This document shows, in pieces, positions 38,641-48,266 of a stretch of 61,421 bases of DNA; within the stretch, counting starts at the first letter, position 1; the number at the start of each line of letters is the position of its first letter. Source of the DNA: Candidatus Parcubacteria bacterium. Lineage in GTDB: Bacteria; Patescibacteriota; Microgenomatia; UBA12405. The notes beneath the pieces are model-generated. The model ran no database searches, had not been told where the DNA came from, and was given only the letters and a program-made list of their open reading frames with translations. The position numbers and the translations under genes were made by a program. Location: positions 1 to 61,421 of the forward strand of contig JAEZTF010000002.1 in NCBI GenBank assembly GCA_023443725.1, read 5' to 3'.

Positions 38641-40055
38641 AACACGTCACCACTAAAAACGTTTTATTTTTATCTCTAAGGAATATTGGTATTCAAGCTA
38701 TTTCTTTCATTGGTTTTTTTCTTTTAAGTGTTTTATTAGGTGCTGGTGATGTTGGTGTTTTTGCTATTGTTTCTGAATCTGTTGGCATTTTAGGTTATTT
38801 TTCAGATATCGGCTTAGCTGCTGCTCTAATTCAACAAAAAACTGAGGTTACAAAAGAAGATCTTCAAACAACTTTTACAATTCAACAAATACTAGTTGGA
38901 ATTGCTCTTATCGTAGCCTTTTTTATTGTTCGTGGTCGAAATCTAGGGTCTAATGAGTTATGGATTGTCGCTGCTCTTTGTTTTTCTTTTGCTGCTGCTT
39001 CTCTAAAAACTATCCCATCTGTTCTTTTAGAACGTCGTTTAAATTTTAAATTAATCTCTACTATTGATATTATCGAAAACGTTACTTTCTATATTTTTGC
39101 CGTTTTGTTCGCTTTTCTAGGATTTGGAACTCTTTCTTATGCTATTGCTACATTTATCAGAAGTGCTCTTGGTCTTATTATAATTTACAGTTTTAGTTCA
39201 TGGCAGATTGGATTTTCTCTTTCAAAAGATGTTGCCAAAAAATTATTTAAATACGGTATTCCTTATCAATTTAATTCATTCATTTCTGTTGCCAAAGATA
39301 AATTATCAAATCTTTTAGTCGCCGGTATAATTGGCACAACTTCATTTGGGCTTTTATCTTGGTCTCAAAAAGGTCCTCGCACACCTCTAAGTTTTATGGA
39401 TGCCATTATGAAAGTTACTTTCCCTACTTTTGCTCGTCTTCAAGATCATAAAGAATTATTAAAGAAATCTTTAGAAAAGAGTTTATATTTTATTGCTTTA
39501 GTTGTTTTTCCAGCCCTAATAGGAATTTCTTTTGTGGCTGTTGATTTTGTTTATATCGTTCCAAAATATACCAAATGGTTACCAGCAATATTTCCAATGT
39601 ACTTATATTCCTTTAACTATGCCATTGCCGCCATCACTACTCCTATAACCAATGCCTTCAATGCTATTGGTAAAATTACTTTGACTACTAAATTTATGAT
39701 TATGTGGACTGTTTTAACTTGGGTATTTTATCCGCTTCTTAGTTGGAAATTTGGTTATATTGGTACCGCTTGGGCAGCTGTTATCGTTAGTCTTAGTTCC
39801 TTTGCAGTTTGGATTGTCGCCAAAAAACATTTTGATCTAAACATATTTTATTCTATTAGAAAACCATTTTTAGGATCACTTTCCATAATTATAGTTTTAA
39901 CAACAATCAATCTTTTTTCTTTAAATCCCTTACTCAATATTGTTATTAAAATTATCTCTGGAGTGGTCACTTATGGTCTATTTTTATTTATTTTTTCTCG
40001 ACAAGAAATTAATTGGTTTATCAAACAACTTCAATGTCTAAAAAACAAAAAATAA
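38613..40055 (+). CDS. Wzx-type (MOP superfamily) oligosaccharide flippase
   Basis: About 12-14 TM segments with an N-terminal region typical of polysaccharide biosynthesis flippases (NIGIQAISFIGFFLLSVLLG..DVGVFAIV...AALIQQK). Confidence 0.7.
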   Translation: METVDIQEIKHVTTKNVLFLSLRNIGIQAISFIGFFLLSVLLGAGDVGVFAIVSESVGILGYFSDIGLAAALIQQKTEVTKEDLQTTFTIQQILVGIALIVAFFIVRGRNLGSNELWIVAALCFSFAAASLKTIPSVLLERRLNFKLISTIDIIENVTFYIFAVLFAFLGFGTLSYAIATFIRSALGLIIIYSFSSWQIGFSLSKDVAKKLFKYGIPYQFNSFISVAKDKLSNLLVAGIIGTTSFGLLSWSQKGPRTPLSFMDAIMKVTFPTFARLQDHKELLKKSLEKSLYFIALVVFPALIGISFVAVDFVYIVPKYTKWLPAIFPMYLYSFNYAIAAITTPITNAFNAIGKITLTTKFMIMWTVLTWVFYPLLSWKFGYIGTAWAAVIVSLSSFAVWIVAKKHFDLNIFYSIRKPFLGSLSIIIVLTTINLFSLNPLLNIVIKIISGVVTYGLFLFIFSRQEINWFIKQLQCLKNKK

Positions 40056-41692
40056 TTTTTATTTTAGTTTTTTTAATTTGTTTTTTTATTCAGATAATTC
40101 CAACAATTCGTAGTGGTCTTAGATATGATTATGGCCTTGGATTTTGGGGGAGTAATGGCCATGATGCTATTTGGCATTTAAGTTTAATTAATCACATAAA
40201 AAATCCACTCAAAATAGAACTTCCCATTTTTTCTGGAACATATCTAAAAAATTATCATCCATTTTTCGATATTTTAGTAGCTTTTTTAAGTAAGATTAGT
40301 CACCTCTCATCAATTAATTGGTATTTTCAAATATTCCCTGTTCTATCAACATTATTACTATTAATTACCTCTTATTTATTAGGTAAAAAGTTGACCAATA
40401 AATTTTATGGTGGTCTTTTGTTGATGTTTTTTAATTCATTTGCTAATTCGTTTGGTTGGATAATTTCTTTAATAAAATCAGGTCAAATAGGTGGAGAATC
40501 GTTCTTTTGGTCAATGCAGTCTGTTTCCAATCAGTTAAATCCACCATTTTTATTATCTTTAGTTTTTATAAATCTTTTATTACTACTTATCCTTAACACC
40601 AAAAACAAATACTTAATTTTGAAATATATTGCCATAATTTTAATCTTAGTCTTAACTCCTATCACTAAAGCTTATGGAGGAGTTGCTGTCTATTTAATTT
40701 TTGGATTTTATTCTTTGTCTTGTATTAAGAAGAACAAAAAACCTTTGATATTATTATTAATTTCACTTCCTTTAGCTTACTTAACTTTTTCTTTATACAA
40801 TCAAACTTCTGGCTCTCTTTTTATTTTTAAACCTTTTTGGTTTACCAATACTTTAATAGAGGCTCCAGATAGATTGTTTATTCCTAAATTAGTTAGTATG
40901 AGATATAGTCTAGAAGCTAGTGGGTTGGTCGGGCCAAGGTTGATTGCAATTTATTGTTTTTCCACTTTTATTTTTTATTTAGGAAATTTTTCATGGCGAT
41001 TATTAGGTATTTTTTCCATTAATAAATTCAAAAACATTGTCAAAACACCTTTATTACTAACCGTGATCATTACCGGACTTATTCCTTTACTTTTTATTCA
41101 AAAAGGAACTAGTTGGAACACAATTCAATTTATTTATTATTCTTTATTTCTTTCCAATATTTTTTTGGTTTTATTTTTAGTTCAAAAATCATCAAAATTA
41201 TTAATTTCATTAATAGTTTTTTTAACTTTAATTCCTTCAATAGAAGTTTTTAATACCTACTTGTCAAATCCAGCCCCAGCAAATTTACCTGTTTATGAAA
41301 TTGATGCTTTAAATCAATTATCAAAAGAACCTAGGGGTATTGTTTTAACTTATCCTTATGATAAATTTAAAAAAGAAAAACTTTCATCACCAATTCCTTT
41401 ATATGCCTATGAAACTACTGCTTATGTATCGGCATTTTCAAATAAAATTGTCTTTTTAGAAGATGAAATGAATTTAGATATTACTGGTTTTGATTGGAAA
41501 AATCGACGACTCGAATCAGAAAAATTCTTCAATACTAATGATGAATTTTTTGCTCGTGGGTTTTTAATAAATAATCAAATTGATTATATTTATTTAGTTA
41601 ACGATCAAAAATTACCGTTAAATGAGTCAAAACTTCAAATTAATCTAATCTTTGATAATGGCCAAGTTCGAATATATCAGGTACAAAGGTGA
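40034..41692 (+). CDS. multi-pass membrane protein (possible glycan polymerase or GT-C)
   Basis: More than 10 TM segments and a C-terminal soluble domain. No diagnostic motif. The ATG at 40034 is preferred over the track start. Confidence 0.4.
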   Translation: MSKKQKIIFILVFLICFFIQIIPTIRSGLRYDYGLGFWGSNGHDAIWHLSLINHIKNPLKIELPIFSGTYLKNYHPFFDILVAFLSKISHLSSINWYFQIFPVLSTLLLLITSYLLGKKLTNKFYGGLLLMFFNSFANSFGWIISLIKSGQIGGESFFWSMQSVSNQLNPPFLLSLVFINLLLLLILNTKNKYLILKYIAIILILVLTPITKAYGGVAVYLIFGFYSLSCIKKNKKPLILLLISLPLAYLTFSLYNQTSGSLFIFKPFWFTNTLIEAPDRLFIPKLVSMRYSLEASGLVGPRLIAIYCFSTFIFYLGNFSWRLLGIFSINKFKNIVKTPLLLTVIITGLIPLLFIQKGTSWNTIQFIYYSLFLSNIFLVLFLVQKSSKLLISLIVFLTLIPSIEVFNTYLSNPAPANLPVYEIDALNQLSKEPRGIVLTYPYDKFKKEKLSSPIPLYAYETTAYVSAFSNKIVFLEDEMNLDITGFDWKNRRLESEKFFNTNDEFFARGFLINNQIDYIYLVNDQKLPLNESKLQINLIFDNGQVRIYQVQR

Positions 41693-41709
41693 TAAACTAA
41701 ACATATCTT

Positions 41710-42645
41710 ATGAAATCTAAACCAACAATTTCAGTTGTCATAAATGTCCGAAATGAAGCTGAAGATTTAAAAAAATGTTTAAAGTCAATCAAAGGTTTTG
41801 CTGATGAAGTTGTTATTGTCGATATGAAATCTAGCGATGGAAGTTTGGAAGTTGCCAAAAGTGCCAATGCTAAGGTTTTTTCGTATAAACCAATGAAATT
41901 TGTCGAACCAGCCAGAAACTTTGCCTTATCAAAAGCCACCGGTAAATGGATACTATTACTTGACCCAGATGAATATGTCAACAAAACTCTAAAAAAAGAG
42001 CTAGTTAATATAACTAAAAGAAGCGATGTTGATTTTGTTAGGATTCCTCGACAAAACATGATTTTTGGTAAATGGATCAAACATTCTAACTGTTGGCCTG
42101 ATTATTTAATTCGATTTTTTAAAAATGGTAGCGTCACTTGGCAAAAAGAAATTCATAGTCAACCAGTTACCAAAGGTAATGGTCTAACTTTATTAGATTC
42201 AGATCAATTAGCCATAAAACACAACAACTATACTAGTATTGTTGATTTTATTAATCGAGCTGTTCGTTATAGTTCTATCCAGGCAGACGAATTAAATGCC
42301 CAAGATTATAAACTAAAAATTAGTGACTTTATTCTTAAACCTATTCAAGAATTTAACAGCCGTTTCTTTTTTGCTGAGGGCTACAAAGATGGTCTTCATG
42401 GATTAATTTTTTGTTTACTTCAAGGTTTTGCTATTGGTCTTATTTATATTCGACTTTGGGAAAAACAAGGATCACTAGACAAACCTATACTAAAAGAATC
42501 CTTCGTCTCTGCTTCTCAAGAAGCTAATTTTGAATATGATCATTGGTTTATAAAATTTTATAAACAAGAATGTTCGTCTAATATCTTCAAAAGATTCTTC
42601 ATTCGTTTACGATATACTCTTAACTATCTAACCAAAAATTTTTAA
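41710..42645 (+). CDS. GT2 glycosyltransferase
   Basis: ISVVINVRNEAEDL..., VIVDMKSSDGS and LLLDPDE (DxD). Confidence 0.75.
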   Translation: MKSKPTISVVINVRNEAEDLKKCLKSIKGFADEVVIVDMKSSDGSLEVAKSANAKVFSYKPMKFVEPARNFALSKATGKWILLLDPDEYVNKTLKKELVNITKRSDVDFVRIPRQNMIFGKWIKHSNCWPDYLIRFFKNGSVTWQKEIHSQPVTKGNGLTLLDSDQLAIKHNNYTSIVDFINRAVRYSSIQADELNAQDYKLKISDFILKPIQEFNSRFFFAEGYKDGLHGLIFCLLQGFAIGLIYIRLWEKQGSLDKPILKESFVSASQEANFEYDHWFIKFYKQECSSNIFKRFFIRLRYTLNYLTKNF

Positions 42646-42650
42646 TATTC

Positions 42651-43559
42651 ATGAAGACGGTTGCCATTATTATTCTTAATTGGAAACAACCTCAACTTAC
42701 AGTTGACACTATTGAATCGGTTTTAAAAATTAAAAATACTAATTTTAAATATCAAATAATTTTAGTTGACAACGGTTCTCCAGATCAATCTTTGGAAATT
42801 TTTAAAGCTAGATATCAAAAAAACAAACTAATTAAAATTCTAGAAACCAAATCAAATTTAGGATACGCTGGTGGAAATAATTTTGGTATTAAATATGCTT
42901 TAAAAAATAAATTTGATTATTTAATGTTATTAAATAATGATGTTTTAGTTGATCCTAATTTTTTACAGAATCTCATAAATCAAACAACTAAATATGATCT
43001 TGTTGGACCAAAGATATATTTTGCTCCAGGATATGAATATCATCACGATCGTTATACCGAAAAAGAACGAGGTAAAGTTATTTGGTCTGTTGGTGGTAAA
43101 GTAGATTGGAATAATATTTACGGTAGTAATCTTGGAATAGATGAAGTTGATCATGGTCAATTTGACCTGAAAAATGAACAAATCGATTTCATTAGTGGCT
43201 GTTGTCTTATGGCCAAAAAAGAAGTTTTTCAAAAATTAAAAGGTTTAGACGATCAATATTTTATGTATTTTGAAGATGTTGATTTTTGTCAAAGAGCTAA
43301 ATTAAACAATTTCAAAATGGCTTATATTCCAGAATCTGTAATTTGGCATATCAATTCTGGGTCAACTAAAGGCCCTGGAGATTTACAAAATTATTTTATT
43401 ACTCGTAATCGTCTTTATTTTACTTTTAAATTTGCCAAATTAAGGACCAAATTTGCTGTCTTTCGAGAATCTATTAAGTTTTTATTTAAAACAAAATGGC
43501 AACGTCGAGCTGTTATTGATTTTTATTTAAAAAAATTAAACAAGGGGAGTTGGAAATGA
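42651..43559 (+). CDS. GT2 glycosyltransferase (WbbL/rhamnosyltransferase-like class)
   Basis: IIILNWKQ, VDNGSPDQS, LGYAGGNN, LNNDVLV and YFEDVDFCQRA. Confidence 0.8.
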   Translation: MKTVAIIILNWKQPQLTVDTIESVLKIKNTNFKYQIILVDNGSPDQSLEIFKARYQKNKLIKILETKSNLGYAGGNNFGIKYALKNKFDYLMLLNNDVLVDPNFLQNLINQTTKYDLVGPKIYFAPGYEYHHDRYTEKERGKVIWSVGGKVDWNNIYGSNLGIDEVDHGQFDLKNEQIDFISGCCLMAKKEVFQKLKGLDDQYFMYFEDVDFCQRAKLNNFKMAYIPESVIWHINSGSTKGPGDLQNYFITRNRLYFTFKFAKLRTKFAVFRESIKFLFKTKWQRRAVIDFYLKKLNKGSWK

Positions 43560-44335
43560 TTTTAAAAAACCTTTCTGTCATTATTTTGGCCGGTAATGAA
43601 GAAAAGATGATTGTCGATTGTCTTAAATCATGTTTATTTGCTCAAGAAATTATTTTAGTTGCTGCCAACTCTACTGACAATACTGTTAATCTAGCCAAAA
43701 AAACTATCCCTTCAATTAAAATAATTAAAGCCCAAGATGGTTATAATCGTAATTTTTCTAAATGGCGTAATTTAGGTTTGAGTAAAGCCACTAAAGAATG
43801 GGTTTTGTATATAGATTCAGATGAAAGAGTTTTACCTTCTCTACAACAAGAAATAGATAAAACTATTTCCATCAAATCAAAGTTTTCTCATTTTGCTATT
43901 CCTAGAGCTAATTTTTATTTAGGAAAAAGAGTAAAACATGGAGGATCATATCCAGACTTTGTTATTAGACTTTTTAAAAAAGAAAATCTTAAGGAATACC
44001 AAGGAATATTGCATGAACAACCAATCGTTACTGGTCAAATCGGTTATTTAAAGTCTAATCTTTCCCATTTTACTCATCGAGATCTTTCTTCTATGTTGCA
44101 AAAAACTTTAGTTTGGACAGACATGGAAGCTCAAGCTTTATACAACAACCAACACCCTCCAGTTGTTTGGTGGCGTTTTATTAGAATGATGTTAACCAAA
44201 ATTTGGGAAAGATTAATCAAACAACAAATGTGGAAAGATGGTACGGTTGGTTGGATCTCAGTTATTTTTGAGACTTTTGATACTTTTCTAATTTACGCCA
44301 GACTTTGGGAGATTCAACAAAAAAACAAAAAATAA
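43556..44335 (+). CDS. GT2 glycosyltransferase
   Basis: VIILAGNEE and YIDSDERV. The ATG at 43556 is preceded by GGGGAG (43544-49) and forms an ATGA junction with the upstream stop. Confidence 0.7.
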   Translation: MILKNLSVIILAGNEEKMIVDCLKSCLFAQEIILVAANSTDNTVNLAKKTIPSIKIIKAQDGYNRNFSKWRNLGLSKATKEWVLYIDSDERVLPSLQQEIDKTISIKSKFSHFAIPRANFYLGKRVKHGGSYPDFVIRLFKKENLKEYQGILHEQPIVTGQIGYLKSNLSHFTHRDLSSMLQKTLVWTDMEAQALYNNQHPPVVWWRFIRMMLTKIWERLIKQQMWKDGTVGWISVIFETFDTFLIYARLWEIQQKNKK

Positions 44336-44350
44336 TGTATTATTAGATTA

Positions 44351-45532
44351 ATGCACAAACGAGTTGCTATATACGATCCTTATTTAGATACTCTTGGAGG
44401 TGGAGAAAGATACTGTCTTACAGTAGCCGAAGTATTACTCAACAAAGGTTATCAAGTCGATTTATTTTGGTCTGGAGACAAAAGTTTAATTGAAAAAGCC
44501 GAAAAAAGATTTTCTTTAAATTTAACTGATTTAAAAATAGTTCCTGATATTTTCCAAATTAAACCTCAAAAATTAGAGTTAATTGAGGAAAGTCGTATTT
44601 TTTCAAAATTTATTACCAAAGTTCTAGACCCTCAAAGAGTCAAACTAAAACTCAAAAAAACTTATCAAAAAATAAAAACTACTAATAAATATGATATTAT
44701 TTTTTACCTAAGTGATGGCAGTATTCCATTTTTATTTGCCAAAAAGAATTTTCTTCACATTCAAGTACCTTTTACAAAAAGTTCAAGTTATTTTAAAAAT
44801 GTTTTAGAAAAACCAAAACTTAAACTTATATCCAATGTCATTTGTAATTCTCAGTTTACTTCTCGTTTCCAAACTGGTGATTTAAAAAGTAAGACTTTAG
44901 TTTTATATCCTCCAGTAGATGTCGATAAGTTTAAAGTATCACCTCGTAAGGAAAATATAATTCTTTCGGTTGGTCGATTTGACAATATTCTCAATGCCAA
45001 AAAACAAGACGTTTTAATAGATGCTTTTGCAAATTTAGTCAAAAATTACAATTTAAGAGATTGGAAATTAGTATTAGCTGGTGGCAGTTTACTTGATCCA
45101 AATAAAAATGTTTATTTAAAATGTCTTTTAGAAAAATCGAAAGATTTACCTGTTAATTTTTTAATTAATCCACCATTTACTGAATTACAAAAGATTTATT
45201 CAGAATCTAAAATATATTGGCATGCTGCTGGGTTTGAAGTTGATGAAAATCAACATCCAGAAAACACCGAACATTTTGGTATAACCATAGTTGAAGCAAT
45301 GGCCTCAGGGTTGGTTCCTGTAGTAGTCGCCAAAGGCGGTATTCCTGAAATAGTTGAGAATGGTGTTAATGGATTCTTATGGAATTCATTAGATGAACTA
45401 GTCAAAAAAACTAAAAAACTTATTGATGATCCAGAAACTTTAAAACTTATGTCTCAACAATCAATTATCAATTGTCGATCTTTTTCAAAAGAAAATTTTG
45501 AAAAACGTCTTTTAGCAATCATCGAAAACTAG
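44351..45532 (+). CDS. GT4 (GT-B fold) glycosyltransferase
   Basis: EX7E region EHFGITIVEAMASGLVPV. Confidence 0.8.
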   Translation: MHKRVAIYDPYLDTLGGGERYCLTVAEVLLNKGYQVDLFWSGDKSLIEKAEKRFSLNLTDLKIVPDIFQIKPQKLELIEESRIFSKFITKVLDPQRVKLKLKKTYQKIKTTNKYDIIFYLSDGSIPFLFAKKNFLHIQVPFTKSSSYFKNVLEKPKLKLISNVICNSQFTSRFQTGDLKSKTLVLYPPVDVDKFKVSPRKENIILSVGRFDNILNAKKQDVLIDAFANLVKNYNLRDWKLVLAGGSLLDPNKNVYLKCLLEKSKDLPVNFLINPPFTELQKIYSESKIYWHAAGFEVDENQHPENTEHFGITIVEAMASGLVPVVVAKGGIPEIVENGVNGFLWNSLDELVKKTKKLIDDPETLKLMSQQSIINCRSFSKENFEKRLLAIIEN

Positions 45533-45533
45533 T

Positions 45534-46406
45534 ATGAAGATTTCTGTTATTGTTACCAATTGGAACGGTAAAAAACTCCTTGAAAAAAACTTAGAAGCTA
45601 TCATTAAGCTAAGTCCAGAAGCAGAAGAAATAATTTTCACTGACGATGCATCCCAAGATGATAGTGTTGAATATGTTAAAAAACTTCAAAAAAAATATAA
45701 AAAATTAAAAATAATTCATCATCAAAAAAACCAAGGGTTTGGAGAAAACTCAAATTATGCCGTCAAACAAGCAAAAGGGGATTTGGTTGTTCTTTTAAAC
45801 AATGATATTTATCCTCACCCAAAATATATCACCAATAGTCTAAAACATTTTGAAGACAGCAATGTTTTTGGTGTTGGTTTTGCCGAACTTGGTCACGAAA
45901 ATTGGGCCCGTATATTTTGGAAAGATGGTTATCTTCAACATGAACCAGGAATTGATAATCAGAAACCTCATATTTCAGGATGGGTTTCAGGAGGTAGTTC
46001 AATCATTCGAAAAAGTTTATTTGAAAAATTAGGTGGTTTTGACGCAGTTTATCAACCATTTTATTCAGAAGACCTCGATCTAGGCTACCGTGCTTGGAAA
46101 TCTGGTTACACTTTATTATGGGAACCAACAAGTGTAGTCGAACACCATCATGAAACTACTATGTCCAAATTTTCAGTAAATTTTCTAAATTATGTTAAGG
46201 AAAGAAATCGTCTTCTTAACACTTGGCGTAATATTACTGATCCTCAATTATTATCTCTAAATAAGATAGCTCTTGTTGGTAGGGTAATGTCTGGACCAAA
46301 TTATATAAAAATAATTCTAGCCGCCAAAAGACAACTTAAAAAATCCTTACCACCTATTGTTTTTCCCAAACTCACCGATCAAGAAATTTTTCAAAAGTTT
46401 CAATGA
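45534..46406 (+). CDS. GT2 glycosyltransferase
   Basis: ISVIVTNWNG, TDDASQDDS, QGFGENSN, LNNDIYP and YSEDLDLGYRA. Confidence 0.8.
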   Translation: MKISVIVTNWNGKKLLEKNLEAIIKLSPEAEEIIFTDDASQDDSVEYVKKLQKKYKKLKIIHHQKNQGFGENSNYAVKQAKGDLVVLLNNDIYPHPKYITNSLKHFEDSNVFGVGFAELGHENWARIFWKDGYLQHEPGIDNQKPHISGWVSGGSSIIRKSLFEKLGGFDAVYQPFYSEDLDLGYRAWKSGYTLLWEPTSVVEHHHETTMSKFSVNFLNYVKERNRLLNTWRNITDPQLLSLNKIALVGRVMSGPNYIKIILAAKRQLKKSLPPIVFPKLTDQEIFQKFQ

Positions 46407-46873
46407 ATAGAAAAAAATTTTTAATTAGGTTTGGGGTAATTTATTTAATTATTTCCGGTACAATTTTTTTTGGTCTAAAATTTTATTCTCATAAAAAATT
46501 TAACGAGCAATCTTTAAATCAATTAATCACTGGTAAATCAAAATATCGAGATATTACTGATAATTTATGTAAATTCCAAATTTTAGGAGAACCAAAAGTT
46601 GGTAAGGATTATATAAAAGTAAATTTTTGGTGTAATGATGCATCAAAAGCCAGAAGTACTTTTTCTCTTGTAGCTTTTAAAAATAAAACCGCCAACGGTA
46701 TTCTTCAAGAATATGCCAGAATTATTGGTTTTGATTACAATATTATTAAAGATAAAAAATGGTTTTGTACTTTAAATGATCAAGAAATTGATTCAAAAGT
46801 AGGAGAAACAATCGTTCCTTTAGCTAGTACTATTGATTGTTTTGAAACTAAAGGATTACCAAAACATGATTAA
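46403..46873 (+). CDS. hypothetical membrane-anchored protein with four Cys
   Basis: One TM anchor and an extracytoplasmic part with 4 Cys. No motif recognised. Confidence 0.45.
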   Translation: MNRKKFLIRFGVIYLIISGTIFFGLKFYSHKKFNEQSLNQLITGKSKYRDITDNLCKFQILGEPKVGKDYIKVNFWCNDASKARSTFSLVAFKNKTANGILQEYARIIGFDYNIIKDKKWFCTLNDQEIDSKVGETIVPLASTIDCFETKGLPKHD

Positions 46874-48266
46874 AAAAATTTTAAAAGTAATAATTATTCT
46901 TGCCATAACTTTTTTAGCCTTAATTTTAAGAAAAAAAAATTACGCAGAAATTCCTATAGCCGGCCAATCAACTGATGAATATAGTTATTCTTGGGTTGGT
47001 TTATCACTATTCAAAACTGGTGTACCAGTTGGTATTTCTGGACTACCTGGATACGAACATCAATCTTATCACTATATTAATATAGATCGTTTCATGCAAT
47101 TTTTACCTAGTGACCCATTGACAATTAATTATCCTTGGATGGATCATCCGCCATTATTAGGATTAATTACAGGTGGTTATGCTTATCTTAAAGGTGCCGA
47201 TGTTTTTGAAGATACCATTACTGTTTTCATTAGAAAACCAATTATTTTAATTAGTACTATTTCAGTTCTATTAGTTATGGTATATTGTTGGCTTAATTTT
47301 AGCTTTTTAACTGCTGTTATCAGTGGTTTAATTTATGGAACTGCTCCTTTAGTTGTTTTAAGTGGTCGTATGATTCAAGCCGAAAACGCCATCATTCCTT
47401 GTTTTCTTTTGGTAATGATCGCCATGAGTTTGTTTATTAAAAAGAAAAAAGATGTTTGGCTTATAATAGCCTCTATCTTTGCTGGAATTGCTACTCTTTT
47501 TAAATTAACCGGAATAGTTTGTTATCTTTTTATCTTTTTTGCTTTATTAAAAAAACATCAGCATTTAAATAAAGCTTTTTTAAATGATTTACTTTTCTTT
47601 TTAGCCATTAGTTTACCAATCAGCTTTCTTTTCGTTATTTATGGATCCGTTTATGGATTAACCAATTTCAAAAACATTTTGTTTTCCAATGCTACTCGTT
47701 TTTATGGTATTGGACCAAATTTAATACTAGAACTAATTAGAAATCAAAGATTAACTCAACATAAATTTTTACCCGAAGTTTGGGTAATTTCTGGTTGGTT
47801 GATTACTTTAGCGTATATTATCAAAAATCCTAAATCAATTATTGATCAAATACCATTAATGGCCATATTTTCTTACCTAATTGTTTACATTTTCTTTGGT
47901 AGTCAACCTTATGGTTGGTATACTTTTATTTTTTGGCCAATATTAATTATTATTTTATCTAGATTTCTTGTTTTAGGATTTGAAAAAAGAGAGAATTTAA
48001 TTTCTGTCTTTTTATTTTCTATTATGATTTTCGGAGCTAACATCGCTAGACTTTTAGGTATTTTTGAGTTTCAACCATATGCTTCTATTTGGCGTTTTGG
48101 AGTGTCGGGAATTTTATTTTTATTAATTTCTTTTTCAATTTTAAAATTGAAATCAAAAGTTTTAATTAAAGTTTTACTATCTGTTTTATGGTTAGCCATG
48201 ATTTATACCAATTTAAAGTATCTAAATATTATCAATATAGATTTCTGGTGGAATAATTTATCTTAA
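46866..48266 (+). CDS. GT-C-like multi-pass membrane glycosyltransferase
   Basis: First-loop motif GQSTDEYSYSWVG and about 11 TM segments. The ATG at 46866 is preferred. Confidence 0.5.
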   Translation: MIKKILKVIIILAITFLALILRKKNYAEIPIAGQSTDEYSYSWVGLSLFKTGVPVGISGLPGYEHQSYHYINIDRFMQFLPSDPLTINYPWMDHPPLLGLITGGYAYLKGADVFEDTITVFIRKPIILISTISVLLVMVYCWLNFSFLTAVISGLIYGTAPLVVLSGRMIQAENAIIPCFLLVMIAMSLFIKKKKDVWLIIASIFAGIATLFKLTGIVCYLFIFFALLKKHQHLNKAFLNDLLFFLAISLPISFLFVIYGSVYGLTNFKNILFSNATRFYGIGPNLILELIRNQRLTQHKFLPEVWVISGWLITLAYIIKNPKSIIDQIPLMAIFSYLIVYIFFGSQPYGWYTFIFWPILIIILSRFLVLGFEKRENLISVFLFSIMIFGANIARLLGIFEFQPYASIWRFGVSGILFLLISFSILKLKSKVLIKVLLSVLWLAMIYTNLKYLNIINIDFWWNNLS

